From NCBI GenBank assembly GCA_965227775.1, contig OZ245777.1:2048001-2112000 (forward strand): a stretch of DNA of 64,000 nt. Direction: 5' to 3'. Numbering within the stretch: the stretch's first letter is position 1; the number at the start of each line of letters is the position of its first letter. Source of the DNA: Phycisphaerales bacterium (GTDB lineage: Bacteria; Planctomycetota; Phycisphaerae; Phycisphaerales; UBA1924). The notes beneath the pieces are model-generated. The model saw only the letters and a program-made list of their open reading frames with translations, was not told where the DNA came from and did no database searches. Below are positions 48,382 to 57,481 of the stretch, piece after piece. Position numbers and translations under genes: made by a program.

Positions 48382-48479
48382 TCGTTTCTGCTTGTGCCCT
48401 TCGCCCGGGCCGGCGTTGACGCGCCCGCCCGGGCTTTGCTACAGGCGGCCCCCGCCTGCGCCCGATCTACTATTCGGAC

Positions 48480-50567
48480 ATGGCCCAACTCCTCCCCATG
48501 CTCTCCACGCTGTTCGACCTGCTCCTCGTGGTTGTGGGCTTCGGGCTCATCATCGTCATCCACGAGCTCGGCCACTTTGTGGCGGCCCGTTGGGCCGGCA
48601 TTCGCGTGTTTGCGTTCGCCGTGGGCTTCGGGCCGGCGCTGTTCAGCTACCGCAAGGGCATCGGCCTTCGTCGTGGCAGCAGCGAGCCCACCTACAGGGC
48701 CATGCTGGCCGATCGAGGCCTGACCGTTCACGATGAGCCGCCAACGGACGTCAGCCCGACCGAGTATCGCCTGAATTGGCTGCCCTTCGGCGGCTACGTC
48801 AAGATGCTGGGCCAGGAAGATGCGAATCCTGGGGCCGTCAGCCATGCGCCCGATAGCTACCAGACGTGCCACCCCGCGAAGCGGCTCGTCGTCATCTCTG
48901 CGGGCGTCGTCGCGAACGTCGTGCTCGCAGCGTTCATCTTCATGTTCGTGTTCATGGTGGGCCTGAAGACCGAGCCGCCACGGCTGGGAGTGGTCGCGTC
49001 GAACGGGCCGGCCGCGGCCGCGGTTCCCGCCGATCCATCGATCGTGCCGGCGGGGCTCGCGTCGGGCGACACGGTGCTTCGGATCAACGGCCGTGAGGCG
49101 CGCAGCTTCAACGACCTCATGCTCGCAACCGCCATGGCAACACCCGGCAAGCCGCTCGACGTCCTCGTCCAGCGCGATGGCTTCGACGAGCCATTGCGGT
49201 TCGAGGTCCAGCCACGCAAGAGCGAACTGACGAATCTGCAGGACATCGGTGTCTCGCCTGCGCGCTCAACGGCGGTCTTCGACGACGGCGGCGATCGTGC
49301 ATCCTTCGACCGGGTCATGGAGCAGATCGAGCTCGACGGCGTTTCCCCTGGTTCGACCCTCGCCTCGGTCGCGATCGAAGGCGAATCGCCTGAGTCGATC
49401 GAAGACTCGGGTGAGCTGGCCAGTGTCTTCGCAGCATCGGATGGCAGGGCTGTCGAGCTGGTCTTCGAGCAAGGCGACACATCCCACCGCGCCATACTGG
49501 AGCCTCGCCCGGTGTACCAAGAGGCCATGGTCAAGATGCCCTCCGGGGCCCAGTCGCCGCAGACGCACCTGCTCGGGCTTACCCCGGTCATGACCGTGGC
49601 CGAGCTCGATGAGTCGGCGCGCGGTTACGAGCAGGGCCTCCGCACGGGTGATGTGTTCGCCCGCCTGGGCTCGGTGGAGTATCCCAGCATCACCGCTGGT
49701 ATCGCCGAGATCAAGCGGCGCGCGGGAGAAGACATCCCCATCGTCGTACTGCGCGATGGCAAGCAGGTCGAGCTCACCGCCAGTGTCCAACGAGACGGGA
49801 CCATCGGTTTCTTCCCGTCCCAAGACCTCGAATCGGCTCGCGTATCGCTCTCGCCAGCGTCGCTCAAGGCGCCGGCGGCGATCGATCGACCGGGCGTGCG
49901 CATCATCTCGATCGCCGGCCAGCCGGTCTCCAGCTTCGCCGACATCCGTGCGGCATTCATTGAGGCAACAACCACCGCGTTTTCAACGAAGACCGAAGCG
50001 CAGGTCGACATCATCGTGCAACTGCCAGACGCTGAAGCCACCGAGCGGTCGCGCACGCTCTCGCTCTCGAGCGAGCAGGTCGACGAACTGCACGGCCTGA
50101 GCTTCGGTCCGCCGCCCGGCCTTCTGAGCATCTTCCGACCCGCCGAATTCACGCTGAAGGCCGAGGGGCCGATCGACGCCATTGGCGTGGGGCTTGCCGA
50201 AACCCACCGCGTGATGATGATGACCTACCTCACGTTCGCCCGCCTTGTGCAGGGCAGCGTGAAGGTCGAGCACCTCAAGGGCCCCGTTGGTATCGCCCAC
50301 CTGGGGACGCGCGTGGCCGACCGCGGCATCATCTGGCTTCTCTTCTTCATGGCGCTCATCAGCGTGAACCTGGCGGTCGTCAACTTCCTGCCGTTGCCAA
50401 TCGTCGACGGCGGACAGTTCCTGTTTATCCTGTTCGAGTGGGCCCGCGGCAAGCCGGTGCCCGAGGCCATCCAGAGCTTCGCGACTGTCGTGGGGCTGCT
50501 GTTGATCGGAGCGGCGTTCCTTCTCGTCACGTTCAACGACATCCGCAACGTCTTCACCGGGCTCTGA
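48480..50567 (+). CDS. rseP: Site-2 (M50) intramembrane metalloprotease with multiple PDZ domains
   Basis: HELGH, LPFGGYVKM, AGVVAN, GPVGI, NFLPLPIVDGG. Confidence 0.93.
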   Translation: MAQLLPMLSTLFDLLLVVVGFGLIIVIHELGHFVAARWAGIRVFAFAVGFGPALFSYRKGIGLRRGSSEPTYRAMLADRGLTVHDEPPTDVSPTEYRLNWLPFGGYVKMLGQEDANPGAVSHAPDSYQTCHPAKRLVVISAGVVANVVLAAFIFMFVFMVGLKTEPPRLGVVASNGPAAAAVPADPSIVPAGLASGDTVLRINGREARSFNDLMLATAMATPGKPLDVLVQRDGFDEPLRFEVQPRKSELTNLQDIGVSPARSTAVFDDGGDRASFDRVMEQIELDGVSPGSTLASVAIEGESPESIEDSGELASVFAASDGRAVELVFEQGDTSHRAILEPRPVYQEAMVKMPSGAQSPQTHLLGLTPVMTVAELDESARGYEQGLRTGDVFARLGSVEYPSITAGIAEIKRRAGEDIPIVVLRDGKQVELTASVQRDGTIGFFPSQDLESARVSLSPASLKAPAAIDRPGVRIISIAGQPVSSFADIRAAFIEATTTAFSTKTEAQVDIIVQLPDAEATERSRTLSLSSEQVDELHGLSFGPPPGLLSIFRPAEFTLKAEGPIDAIGVGLAETHRVMMMTYLTFARLVQGSVKVEHLKGPVGIAHLGTRVADRGIIWLLFFMALISVNLAVVNFLPLPIVDGGQFLFILFEWARGKPVPEAIQSFATVVGLLLIGAAFLLVTFNDIRNVFTGL

Positions 50568-50570
50568 TCG

Positions 50571-51497
50571 GTGGAGAACGTGCTCGGCCTTCTGCTCCTG
50601 CTCGCCGTCGGTGGTGCCTTGTATTGGCTGCTGCTGGTGTTCCTCACCGCCCGCACGCTGACGCACCCGCCCCGCCAGACCTACGCCAGCGCAGTCTCGC
50701 GCGGCCGTGCCGGCGACCCGAGCGAACTCGACGAGCCGCGCGAGTTTGAGGCATGGACGCTTCCAAGCCAAGGGCGCGATCTCTCCGTCTGGGATGTACG
50801 TGGGCGAAGTGCCGACGGCCCGATCGCCATCGTGACACACGGCTGGAGCAGCGGCAAGGTGCACGCGTTGCGACGCCTGCCGCTACTCTGCAGCTTGTGC
50901 TCGCGTGTCGTCTTCTGGGACATGCCCGGCCACGGCGAGAGCGGCGGGCGTTGCACTCTGGGCGTCCTGGAAACCAACGACCTGCTGGCAATCATCGAAC
51001 GCGTCGGCCATGGTCGTCCGATCGTGCTCTGCGGCTCATCGATGGGCTCAGGAGTCTCCATCGCTGCGGCGGCCCGGAGCGAGCACATCTCGCTCGTCAT
51101 CGTCGAGGCGCCCTATCGCATGCCCATCACACCCGCCCGCAACGTCATGCGATTCCAGCGCTCGCCCGTGTGGCTGAACCTGAGTCCGGCGTTGGCATAC
51201 GTGGGCTTGGCCGCCTGCGGCCGCTGGACTGGTCCGGGGCTGGTGCATGCAGGCGGGCCTGTGTTTGACCGAGCAAAACTGGCCGCCAAGCTCGCGTGCC
51301 CGCTGCTGGTCCTGCACGGCGACGAAGACCCGACGTGCCCGACCGTCGACGGCCGCGAGATCGCCGAAGCGTGTCCGAGCGGGCGATTTGTTGAGATTCC
51401 CGGCGGAACGCACCAAAACCTGTGGAAGGATGCCGACTGCCGTGCGATGATGGAACGTGAATACACGAACGCCATCAACGCCGTCGCCCGATCCTGA
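50571..51497 (+). CDS. Membrane-anchored alpha/beta hydrolase
   Basis: HGW, DMPGHGES, GSSMG nucleophile, HGDED, H. Confidence 0.88.
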   Translation: MENVLGLLLLLAVGGALYWLLLVFLTARTLTHPPRQTYASAVSRGRAGDPSELDEPREFEAWTLPSQGRDLSVWDVRGRSADGPIAIVTHGWSSGKVHALRRLPLLCSLCSRVVFWDMPGHGESGGRCTLGVLETNDLLAIIERVGHGRPIVLCGSSMGSGVSIAAAARSEHISLVIVEAPYRMPITPARNVMRFQRSPVWLNLSPALAYVGLAACGRWTGPGLVHAGGPVFDRAKLAAKLACPLLVLHGDEDPTCPTVDGREIAEACPSGRFVEIPGGTHQNLWKDADCRAMMEREYTNAINAVARS

Positions 51498-52266
51498 TCT
51501 GCTCCGCCGGCTCGTCGGCGTGCTCGATCTCACCACCCTCGAGGCAACCGACACAGCAGAACGCTTGCGCGACTTGTGCGCCAAGGGCCTCGACCCTCTC
51601 GGCGATGGATCGGCGACCGTCGGGGCCATCTGCGTCTATCCGACAATGGTGCCAGCGGCGGCCGAAGCATTGCAAGGCTCCGGCGTGGGCCTCGCGTCGG
51701 TCGCCGGCGCATTCCCGAGCGGAATGAGCCCGGTCTCGCTCCGTGTGGCCGAGGCAAGATGGGCAGTCGAGCATGGTGCCACCGAGATCGACATGGTCAT
51801 CAGTCGCGGCGAGTTCCTGGCCGGCAGATCGGACGCGGTGGTCGAAGAGGTTCGCGAGATCCGAGCCTCGATCGGTGATGCCGCCCTTAAGGTGATACTC
51901 GAAACCGGCGAGCTTGGCAGCGAGGAACGCATCCGTTCGGCGAGTGAGCTTGTTGTGCCGTTGCTTCGCGAGGGCGATTTCATCAAGACCAGCACCGGCA
52001 AGACCCAGCCCGCGGCGACGCTGGAGGCGACAGAAGTCATGCTGCGCGTGCTCGATGAGCATCGGAGGTCGGGCGGCCCGAGCATCGGGCTGAAGCCAGC
52101 CGGCGGCGTTCGCAGCACCGAAGACGCGCTGGACTACTGGAAGCAGGCCCGCGAGATCATGGGATCTCATGAAGACTGGCGATCACCCGACCCGCGGTGC
52201 TTTCGCATCGGAGCCTCAAGCCTGCTCGGTTCGCTCGTCGACTCAATCACTCAGGGCCCAAGGTAG
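51457..52266 (+). CDS. deoC: Deoxyribose-phosphate aldolase
   Basis: DLTTLE, EIDMV, LKVILETGEL, FIKTSTGK, KPAGG, FRIGASSLL. Confidence 0.96.
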   Translation: MNTRTPSTPSPDPDLLRRLVGVLDLTTLEATDTAERLRDLCAKGLDPLGDGSATVGAICVYPTMVPAAAEALQGSGVGLASVAGAFPSGMSPVSLRVAEARWAVEHGATEIDMVISRGEFLAGRSDAVVEEVREIRASIGDAALKVILETGELGSEERIRSASELVVPLLREGDFIKTSTGKTQPAATLEATEVMLRVLDEHRRSGGPSIGLKPAGGVRSTEDALDYWKQAREIMGSHEDWRSPDPRCFRIGASSLLGSLVDSITQGPR

Positions 52267-53324
52267 CGTTCGATGAGGCTCTGCCACTCCGGAGAACTCG
52301 TTTCGGCGAGGACGGCGCGATTGATGTCCTCACGACGCTCGCTGCCCTGGGGCAATGCCATGCCGTAGCTCTGGGGGGCGAACGTCGCCTCGAGCACGCG
52401 CACGCCGTCGCGCTCACGGGCGATCGAGCGAAGCACCGGCGCGTCGTGCACGACGGCATCGACCTCGTCGTTCGCAAGCAGATCGAACGCGTCCTCGATC
52501 GATGCCACCTTGTTCGGTCGAACGCCATGGCTGCGGAGGTACTCGATCGCTGTTGTGCCCGCGGGTGCCGCCACGCGGACGTCCGGGAGGTCCTCCGGCC
52601 CGCGAACCTGATCGTCGAGGGCGCCCACGGTAATTGCGCTCGCGATGCCGCCGGTAAACGCCGCGATGATGATGATGCTCGTGAACATCCAGATGAGAGC
52701 GACAGCGCGGCCGGGGAACGTTACCGGCGCCTTGTCGCCGTACCCCACGGTTGTCATGGTCACGGCGCTCCACCAGAAGCCATCGCCCAGTCCCTTTATG
52801 CCCTTGGGGAACTGCTCTGAGTTTGCCTTGCGTTCGAACAGCCACATCAAGAATCCGCTCACAAGAAGCACGAGCGCCAGCGCACCGACCGCCTGCAGGA
52901 ACGCCAGGCTTACCAGGCCGCGAATGACGGCGAACACTCCGGAGCCAGAGGAATCACTGCCAATGGCGATGCCAAGGCCTGTGTTGTAGTACGCATGCGT
53001 AAAATCGAGTCGAGACTCTCGTTCTCGCGAGATGGTGAGCGCCGCGATGGCGATGTCTGACTCTCCGTTCGCGACAGAGTCGAGCGCTTCCTGCAGCGTC
53101 GTCACGTGCCACCCGGTCTGGACGCCAAGGTCTTCGGCGACGCGATTCCATAAATCGACGTCGATGCCGCGCAGGCCCGACTCGCCGTCATCGATCACAA
53201 ACGGTGGGGTGAGCGTCGTGGCCACACGCAGCGTCGCGGGAGCCTCGTCAGGTGAGTCCTGTGCGTGGCAGAAGCAGGTCAGGAGCCCTAGCGAGGCCAA
53301 GACGACTGTCAGGGTTCGGGTCAT
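52251..53324 (-). CDS. GluR0-like ligand-gated K+ channel (split solute-binding domain plus 2TM pore)
   Basis: S1 (PPFV..G.DVDLW..TISRERE..DFT), TM, WWSAVTMTTVGYGD filter, TM, S2 (GTT..DAPVL..YGMALPQGS). Confidence 0.9.
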   Translation of the reverse strand: MTRTLTVVLASLGLLTCFCHAQDSPDEAPATLRVATTLTPPFVIDDGESGLRGIDVDLWNRVAEDLGVQTGWHVTTLQEALDSVANGESDIAIAALTISRERESRLDFTHAYYNTGLGIAIGSDSSGSGVFAVIRGLVSLAFLQAVGALALVLLVSGFLMWLFERKANSEQFPKGIKGLGDGFWWSAVTMTTVGYGDKAPVTFPGRAVALIWMFTSIIIIAAFTGGIASAITVGALDDQVRGPEDLPDVRVAAPAGTTAIEYLRSHGVRPNKVASIEDAFDLLANDEVDAVVHDAPVLRSIARERDGVRVLEATFAPQSYGMALPQGSERREDINRAVLAETSSPEWQSLIERYLGP

Positions 53325-53381
53325 GCACGCACGCTATGGCGTGACTCCCGGCAATGCCAGCAACCGAGCCTGGAGGAGAAC

Positions 53382-54344
53382 TTACCCGCCATCGCGCGGG
53401 GCAACCACGACGCGACGCCGAAGATCGGGCACCACGATGCCGCCGGGCTCTTCCACCGTGATGGCAAAGAGCGCCACGCGGCCGAGGTCGAGCGAAGGAT
53501 CGATGGGCACGATGATCTCGCCGTCGGCGGTCGCATTGAACACGCCACCCGAGACCTTCTGCTCCATGCCCCGATCATCGACCACCCATACCTGGTACTG
53601 CTCCTTGGTTGGGTCGTTGACATCGAGGTTCACGAATCGCAGGTAGCCCTGCTCGAGATCGTCGTTCCACACGACGTCGCCGGTCACATCTTGCTGCAGC
53701 GCGGGATCGTTCGGCAGGTCGAAGGGCGTCCATGCGAGCCGCACCGTGCCAGGCAGGTCGAGCAACTTCTGCCGGTTTGCCGCCAGCGTCGCCGGATCGA
53801 CCGGCTCCTCGTACCGCGCGATGCGCAGCTCGGCTTCCTGCAGGTTGCTGGTCAGGCTCGCGAGCCGCTCGGCCATCTGCAGCCGCTGCTCTTCGGCGGC
53901 CGCCAGGGCCATCTGTGCTTCATCGAGCTCGCCCGTGCGAGACTCGAGTTGCTGGCGCACTTGTGCCAAGAACGTCTCGTTCTGCTCGGCCTGGGCCTGG
54001 GCCCGCGACAGCTGCGTCTCGAGCTCGGCGATGCGCTCGTTCTTGCCCTGCATGGCGATCGTCAGCACCGCAAGGCCCACGCCCGCACCGACCATTAGGA
54101 CCGCCGCGATGCCCAGCATCGCCCACGGCACCCGCCGCAGACTCGGATCGAGCGCGCTCGTGTTGTGATCGCCGCCGCTTGTTCGTTCGCGCATCGCCGC
54201 CTGCCCTTGTGCTTCGAGCGCCGCCGCCAGGGCCTCGGGCAAGCGCCCGTCTTCGGTCATGCTCGCCAAGGCCATGGCTTCGGTCTGTTCCTCGGCGGTG
54301 GGGGGCTCGAATCCACTCGCGGCCTGGGGTCGTTGCTCGCTCAT
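53382..54344 (-). CDS. Anti-sigma factor, RskA-like, with coiled coil
   Basis: TM segment, coiled coil, YQVW, FAITVEEPGG; ATGA-coupled to the ECF sigma gene. Confidence 0.88.
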   Translation of the reverse strand: MSEQRPQAASGFEPPTAEEQTEAMALASMTEDGRLPEALAAALEAQGQAAMRERTSGGDHNTSALDPSLRRVPWAMLGIAAVLMVGAGVGLAVLTIAMQGKNERIAELETQLSRAQAQAEQNETFLAQVRQQLESRTGELDEAQMALAAAEEQRLQMAERLASLTSNLQEAELRIARYEEPVDPATLAANRQKLLDLPGTVRLAWTPFDLPNDPALQQDVTGDVVWNDDLEQGYLRFVNLDVNDPTKEQYQVWVVDDRGMEQKVSGGVFNATADGEIIVPIDPSLDLGRVALFAITVEEPGGIVVPDLRRRVVVAPRDGG

Positions 54345-54997
54345 GACGCGGCCCCTTTCCCCGCACGATCGCTCTTCGAATCCGCGCCCTCGAACCCAAC
54401 CCGCTCACGAACTCTGGCCAATCCCCGGCGGATGTGGCTCTTGACGGTCCCTAGCGGAATGCCGGTCGCGTCGGCGATCTGTTCGTGGGTGTGACCCGAA
54501 ACGATGAACAACCGGAGCACCATTCTCTGGGGTTGCGGCAGAGTCTCCATCGCTTCCGAGGCTTTTCGGACGTCCTCTGCGTCGCTCGACGTGCCGGCCA
54601 GCGGGACGGTATCGACCTCGGTGTCGAGGTGCTCGGCTTCGACCGGTGTCTCCCGAGAGGAGCCAACCCGCCGGAGCCGATCGATCACGCGCCGCCGCGC
54701 GATGACGGCGATGAACGTCTTCTCGCTTCCCTTGGCTGGGTCGAAGCGCCCGGCGTCCCTCCAGATCGACGCGAAAACGTCCTGCACGACTTCCTCGGCG
54801 TCCTGGCGATGTCGCGGACCCGGGAAGCGCGCCTGCACGATGCTCCACACAAATCCGCCATACGCATCGATGAACGGACGCACCGCCGAGGCATCGCCAC
54901 GGCCCAACCGCTCGAGTAAGCTCTGCACCTCGACCGGCTCGCTCGTGGCTTCTTCGGATTGGCGTGCGCCGCCCTTGGGCGGCCCGGTGATAGCCAT
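54341..54997 (-). CDS. ECF sigma-70 factor (SigK-like)
   Basis: DAEEVVQDVF..IWR.AGRFDP.KGS, IARRRVIDRLR, THEQIA..TGIPLGTVKSHIRRGL. Confidence 0.93.
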   Translation of the reverse strand: MAITGPPKGGARQSEEATSEPVEVQSLLERLGRGDASAVRPFIDAYGGFVWSIVQARFPGPRHRQDAEEVVQDVFASIWRDAGRFDPAKGSEKTFIAVIARRRVIDRLRRVGSSRETPVEAEHLDTEVDTVPLAGTSSDAEDVRKASEAMETLPQPQRMVLRLFIVSGHTHEQIADATGIPLGTVKSHIRRGLARVRERVGFEGADSKSDRAGKGAAS

Positions 54998-55460
54998 GCG
55001 GGAGAGTCTATCCGTCCGCTCACCCAGAGATTCGCGGATGGGCCGCGTCGTTGCACGACTGACCTGAGCACCTCCGCCGGGCCTGACAACAACGGCTCGC
55101 TCGCACGAGTCGGTAGGGTCGGTGCTTGCCAACACTGTCAGCCGGACTGAATTGACGTCCCGAGCTGTCGGCAAGCAATCGCCGTTAACGCATCGAATTG
55201 TGCTTGAAGAACCCTCGACCAACCTGTATCGGCGGTTCTTGCATTGCGGTCCGACCTAAATCGTGCGTGGACGGTCGCTAATGAGGTCCTCGTGATGGCC
55301 GCCACGTCGTAGCCACGACAAGCCGAGGCTGAGGTGCACGCAGAGTCAAGTTGCCGAGTCCAGATCGCATGCCAAGATCCATACGTACCCGACGACTTGG
55401 CCCTCGATGGCCGGCGTACCCACATTCGGGCGCTCGGTGAACGAAGCGGAGACCTCCCCC

Positions 55461-57161
55461 ATGCCACGACTCGAATCGCAAACGAAGACGTCCACCGTCC
55501 TGCTCATAGCGGGCCTGGCGTTCTCGGCGCCGCTGCTGTCCATCTCGGCCTGCCAGACCGAGCAATCGCCTGCGTCCGTCGTCACGCCCACCCCCACACC
55601 AACCCTGTACGACGGCTTCGGCGGCTACCACCGCGAAGTCTCGACCGACTCGGCCGAAGCGCAGCAGTGGTTCGATCAGGGGCTGCAACTGTTATACGGC
55701 TTCAACCACGACGAGGCGATCCGGTCCTTCAAGCACGCGGCCAAGATTGATCCCGACCTGGCGATGGCGCACTGGGGCGAGGCGTACGCGCTCGGCCTGC
55801 ACATCAACAATCCGCAGATGGGCCAGGAGCAGAGCGAGAAGGCATACGCTGCCGCCCAACGCGCGATGGAGAAGATCGAGCACGCATCTCCTGTCGAGGC
55901 CGCGATCATTCGTGCGGTCGCCGAGCGCTACGCCATGCCCGTGCCCGAGGATCGCACGCCGCTGGATGAGGCGTACGCCGCCGCAATGGAACAGGTCTGG
56001 GCGCAGTATCCTGACGACGCGGACGTGGGCGCACTCTTCGCCGAAAGCCTCATGAACCTCCAGCCGTGGGACCTATGGACCAAAACGGGCGAGCCCAAGG
56101 GCCGCACGCTCGACGTCGTCGCCACGCTCGAGCGCGTGCTCGAGATCGATCCGAACCATCCCGGCGCGAACCACTTCTACATCCACACCGTCGAGGCCTC
56201 GAACGAGCCCGAGCGCGGCGTCGCTTCGGCCGATCGATTGCGCACGCTCGTGCCCGGCAGCGGCCACCTCGTCCACATGCCCGCGCACATCTACGCCCGC
56301 GTTGGCCGATGGGCCGAGGCCAGCGACGCAAACGTCGCCGCCATCGAGGCCGACCGCGCCTACTTCGCCAAGGCGCCAGAGCCGGAGTTCTACGCTCTGT
56401 ACTTCATCCACAACATCCACTTCCTGTCGTGGAGCGCCATGATGGAGGGCCGCTACGAGACGGCCATGGCCGCCGCACGTGAGCTCGAGCGCGACATACC
56501 CCAGAGCTTCCTCAAGGAGTGGACCTTCATCGCCGACGGCTTCATGCCCGTGACCTACCACGCGATGATCCGTTTCGGCAAGTGGGAAGACATCCTCCAA
56601 GAGAAGAAGCCCGAAGACTACCGCCGCCTGAGCCTGTCTCTCTGGCACTACGCCCGAGGCATCGCGCTGGCCAATACCGGCCGCGTCAGCGAGGCCCGCG
56701 AAGAGCTCGAGGCCTTCGAGCAAGCCGCCGCCTCCGTGCCCGAGGACTGGGTCGTCGGAAACAGTGCGGCCAGCGACGTTCTGAACGTCGCCCGACACAT
56801 GCTTAAGGGCGAGATTGCCTTCAAGGCCGGCAACCCCGACGAAGCGTTCGCCTACCTGCGCACCGGCGTCGAGCTCGAAGACCAGCTCAACTACGACGAG
56901 CCGCCGGATTGGATGCAGCCCGTCCGCCACGCCCTCGGCGCCCTGCTGATGGCCGAAGGTCGGCACGAGGAGGCCAAGGCGGTGTACCTCGAAGACCTGA
57001 AGAAGTACCCGGAGAACGGCTGGGCCCTGCTCGGCCTGAGCAAGGCGATGGAGGCCGCCGGCGAGGACACCACGGCCGTCGACGCGAGGCGGGCCAAGTC
57101 CTGGGCCCGCGCCGACGTTTCGCCGGTCGCATCGTGCTACTGCCACCCCGACGCGGGATAG
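55461..57161 (+). CDS. TPR-like helical lipoprotein with conserved His clusters
   Basis: Signal ending ISAC; FDQGL..YGFNHDEA, HPGANHFYIH, GHLVHMPAHIY, YDEPP, ENGWAL, C-terminal SCYCH. Confidence 0.85.
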   Translation: MPRLESQTKTSTVLLIAGLAFSAPLLSISACQTEQSPASVVTPTPTPTLYDGFGGYHREVSTDSAEAQQWFDQGLQLLYGFNHDEAIRSFKHAAKIDPDLAMAHWGEAYALGLHINNPQMGQEQSEKAYAAAQRAMEKIEHASPVEAAIIRAVAERYAMPVPEDRTPLDEAYAAAMEQVWAQYPDDADVGALFAESLMNLQPWDLWTKTGEPKGRTLDVVATLERVLEIDPNHPGANHFYIHTVEASNEPERGVASADRLRTLVPGSGHLVHMPAHIYARVGRWAEASDANVAAIEADRAYFAKAPEPEFYALYFIHNIHFLSWSAMMEGRYETAMAAARELERDIPQSFLKEWTFIADGFMPVTYHAMIRFGKWEDILQEKKPEDYRRLSLSLWHYARGIALANTGRVSEAREELEAFEQAAASVPEDWVVGNSAASDVLNVARHMLKGEIAFKAGNPDEAFAYLRTGVELEDQLNYDEPPDWMQPVRHALGALLMAEGRHEEAKAVYLEDLKKYPENGWALLGLSKAMEAAGEDTTAVDARRAKSWARADVSPVASCYCHPDAG

Positions 57162-57268
57162 CCCCGCAGCATTCCTCACAGAGCGTCCGATTCGCTGGCC
57201 CTGCGGCCAGAATTCTGGCTCTCAAGACCTCGAAGGGCCGAGATCAAGGACCATCGAGGAGGACGCCC

Positions 57269-57481
57269 ATGCGCCGCAAACAGATCGCTCGTACCGCCGC
57301 GGCCACCGCGGGTCTGGCCGCCCTGGCCTCGCTCGCGGGCTGCAAGCCCGACATCCCGCTGATCCCGTTCATCAAGAGTGACACGGTTCCGTACTCGACG
57401 GTCGCGGAGCTGGAAGCCGAGTTCACACCCCCCGGTCACTGCCCCCAAGCTCCTCAAGCTCGTCGCCATACCGCTCCCTGA
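57269..57481 (+). CDS. Small putative lipoprotein (70 aa)
   Basis: SD GAGGAGG; MRRKQIARTAAATAGLAALASLAG-CKPDIPLIPFI, with lipobox LAGC. Confidence 0.65.
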   Translation: MRRKQIARTAAATAGLAALASLAGCKPDIPLIPFIKSDTVPYSTVAELEAEFTPPGHCPQAPQARRHTAP

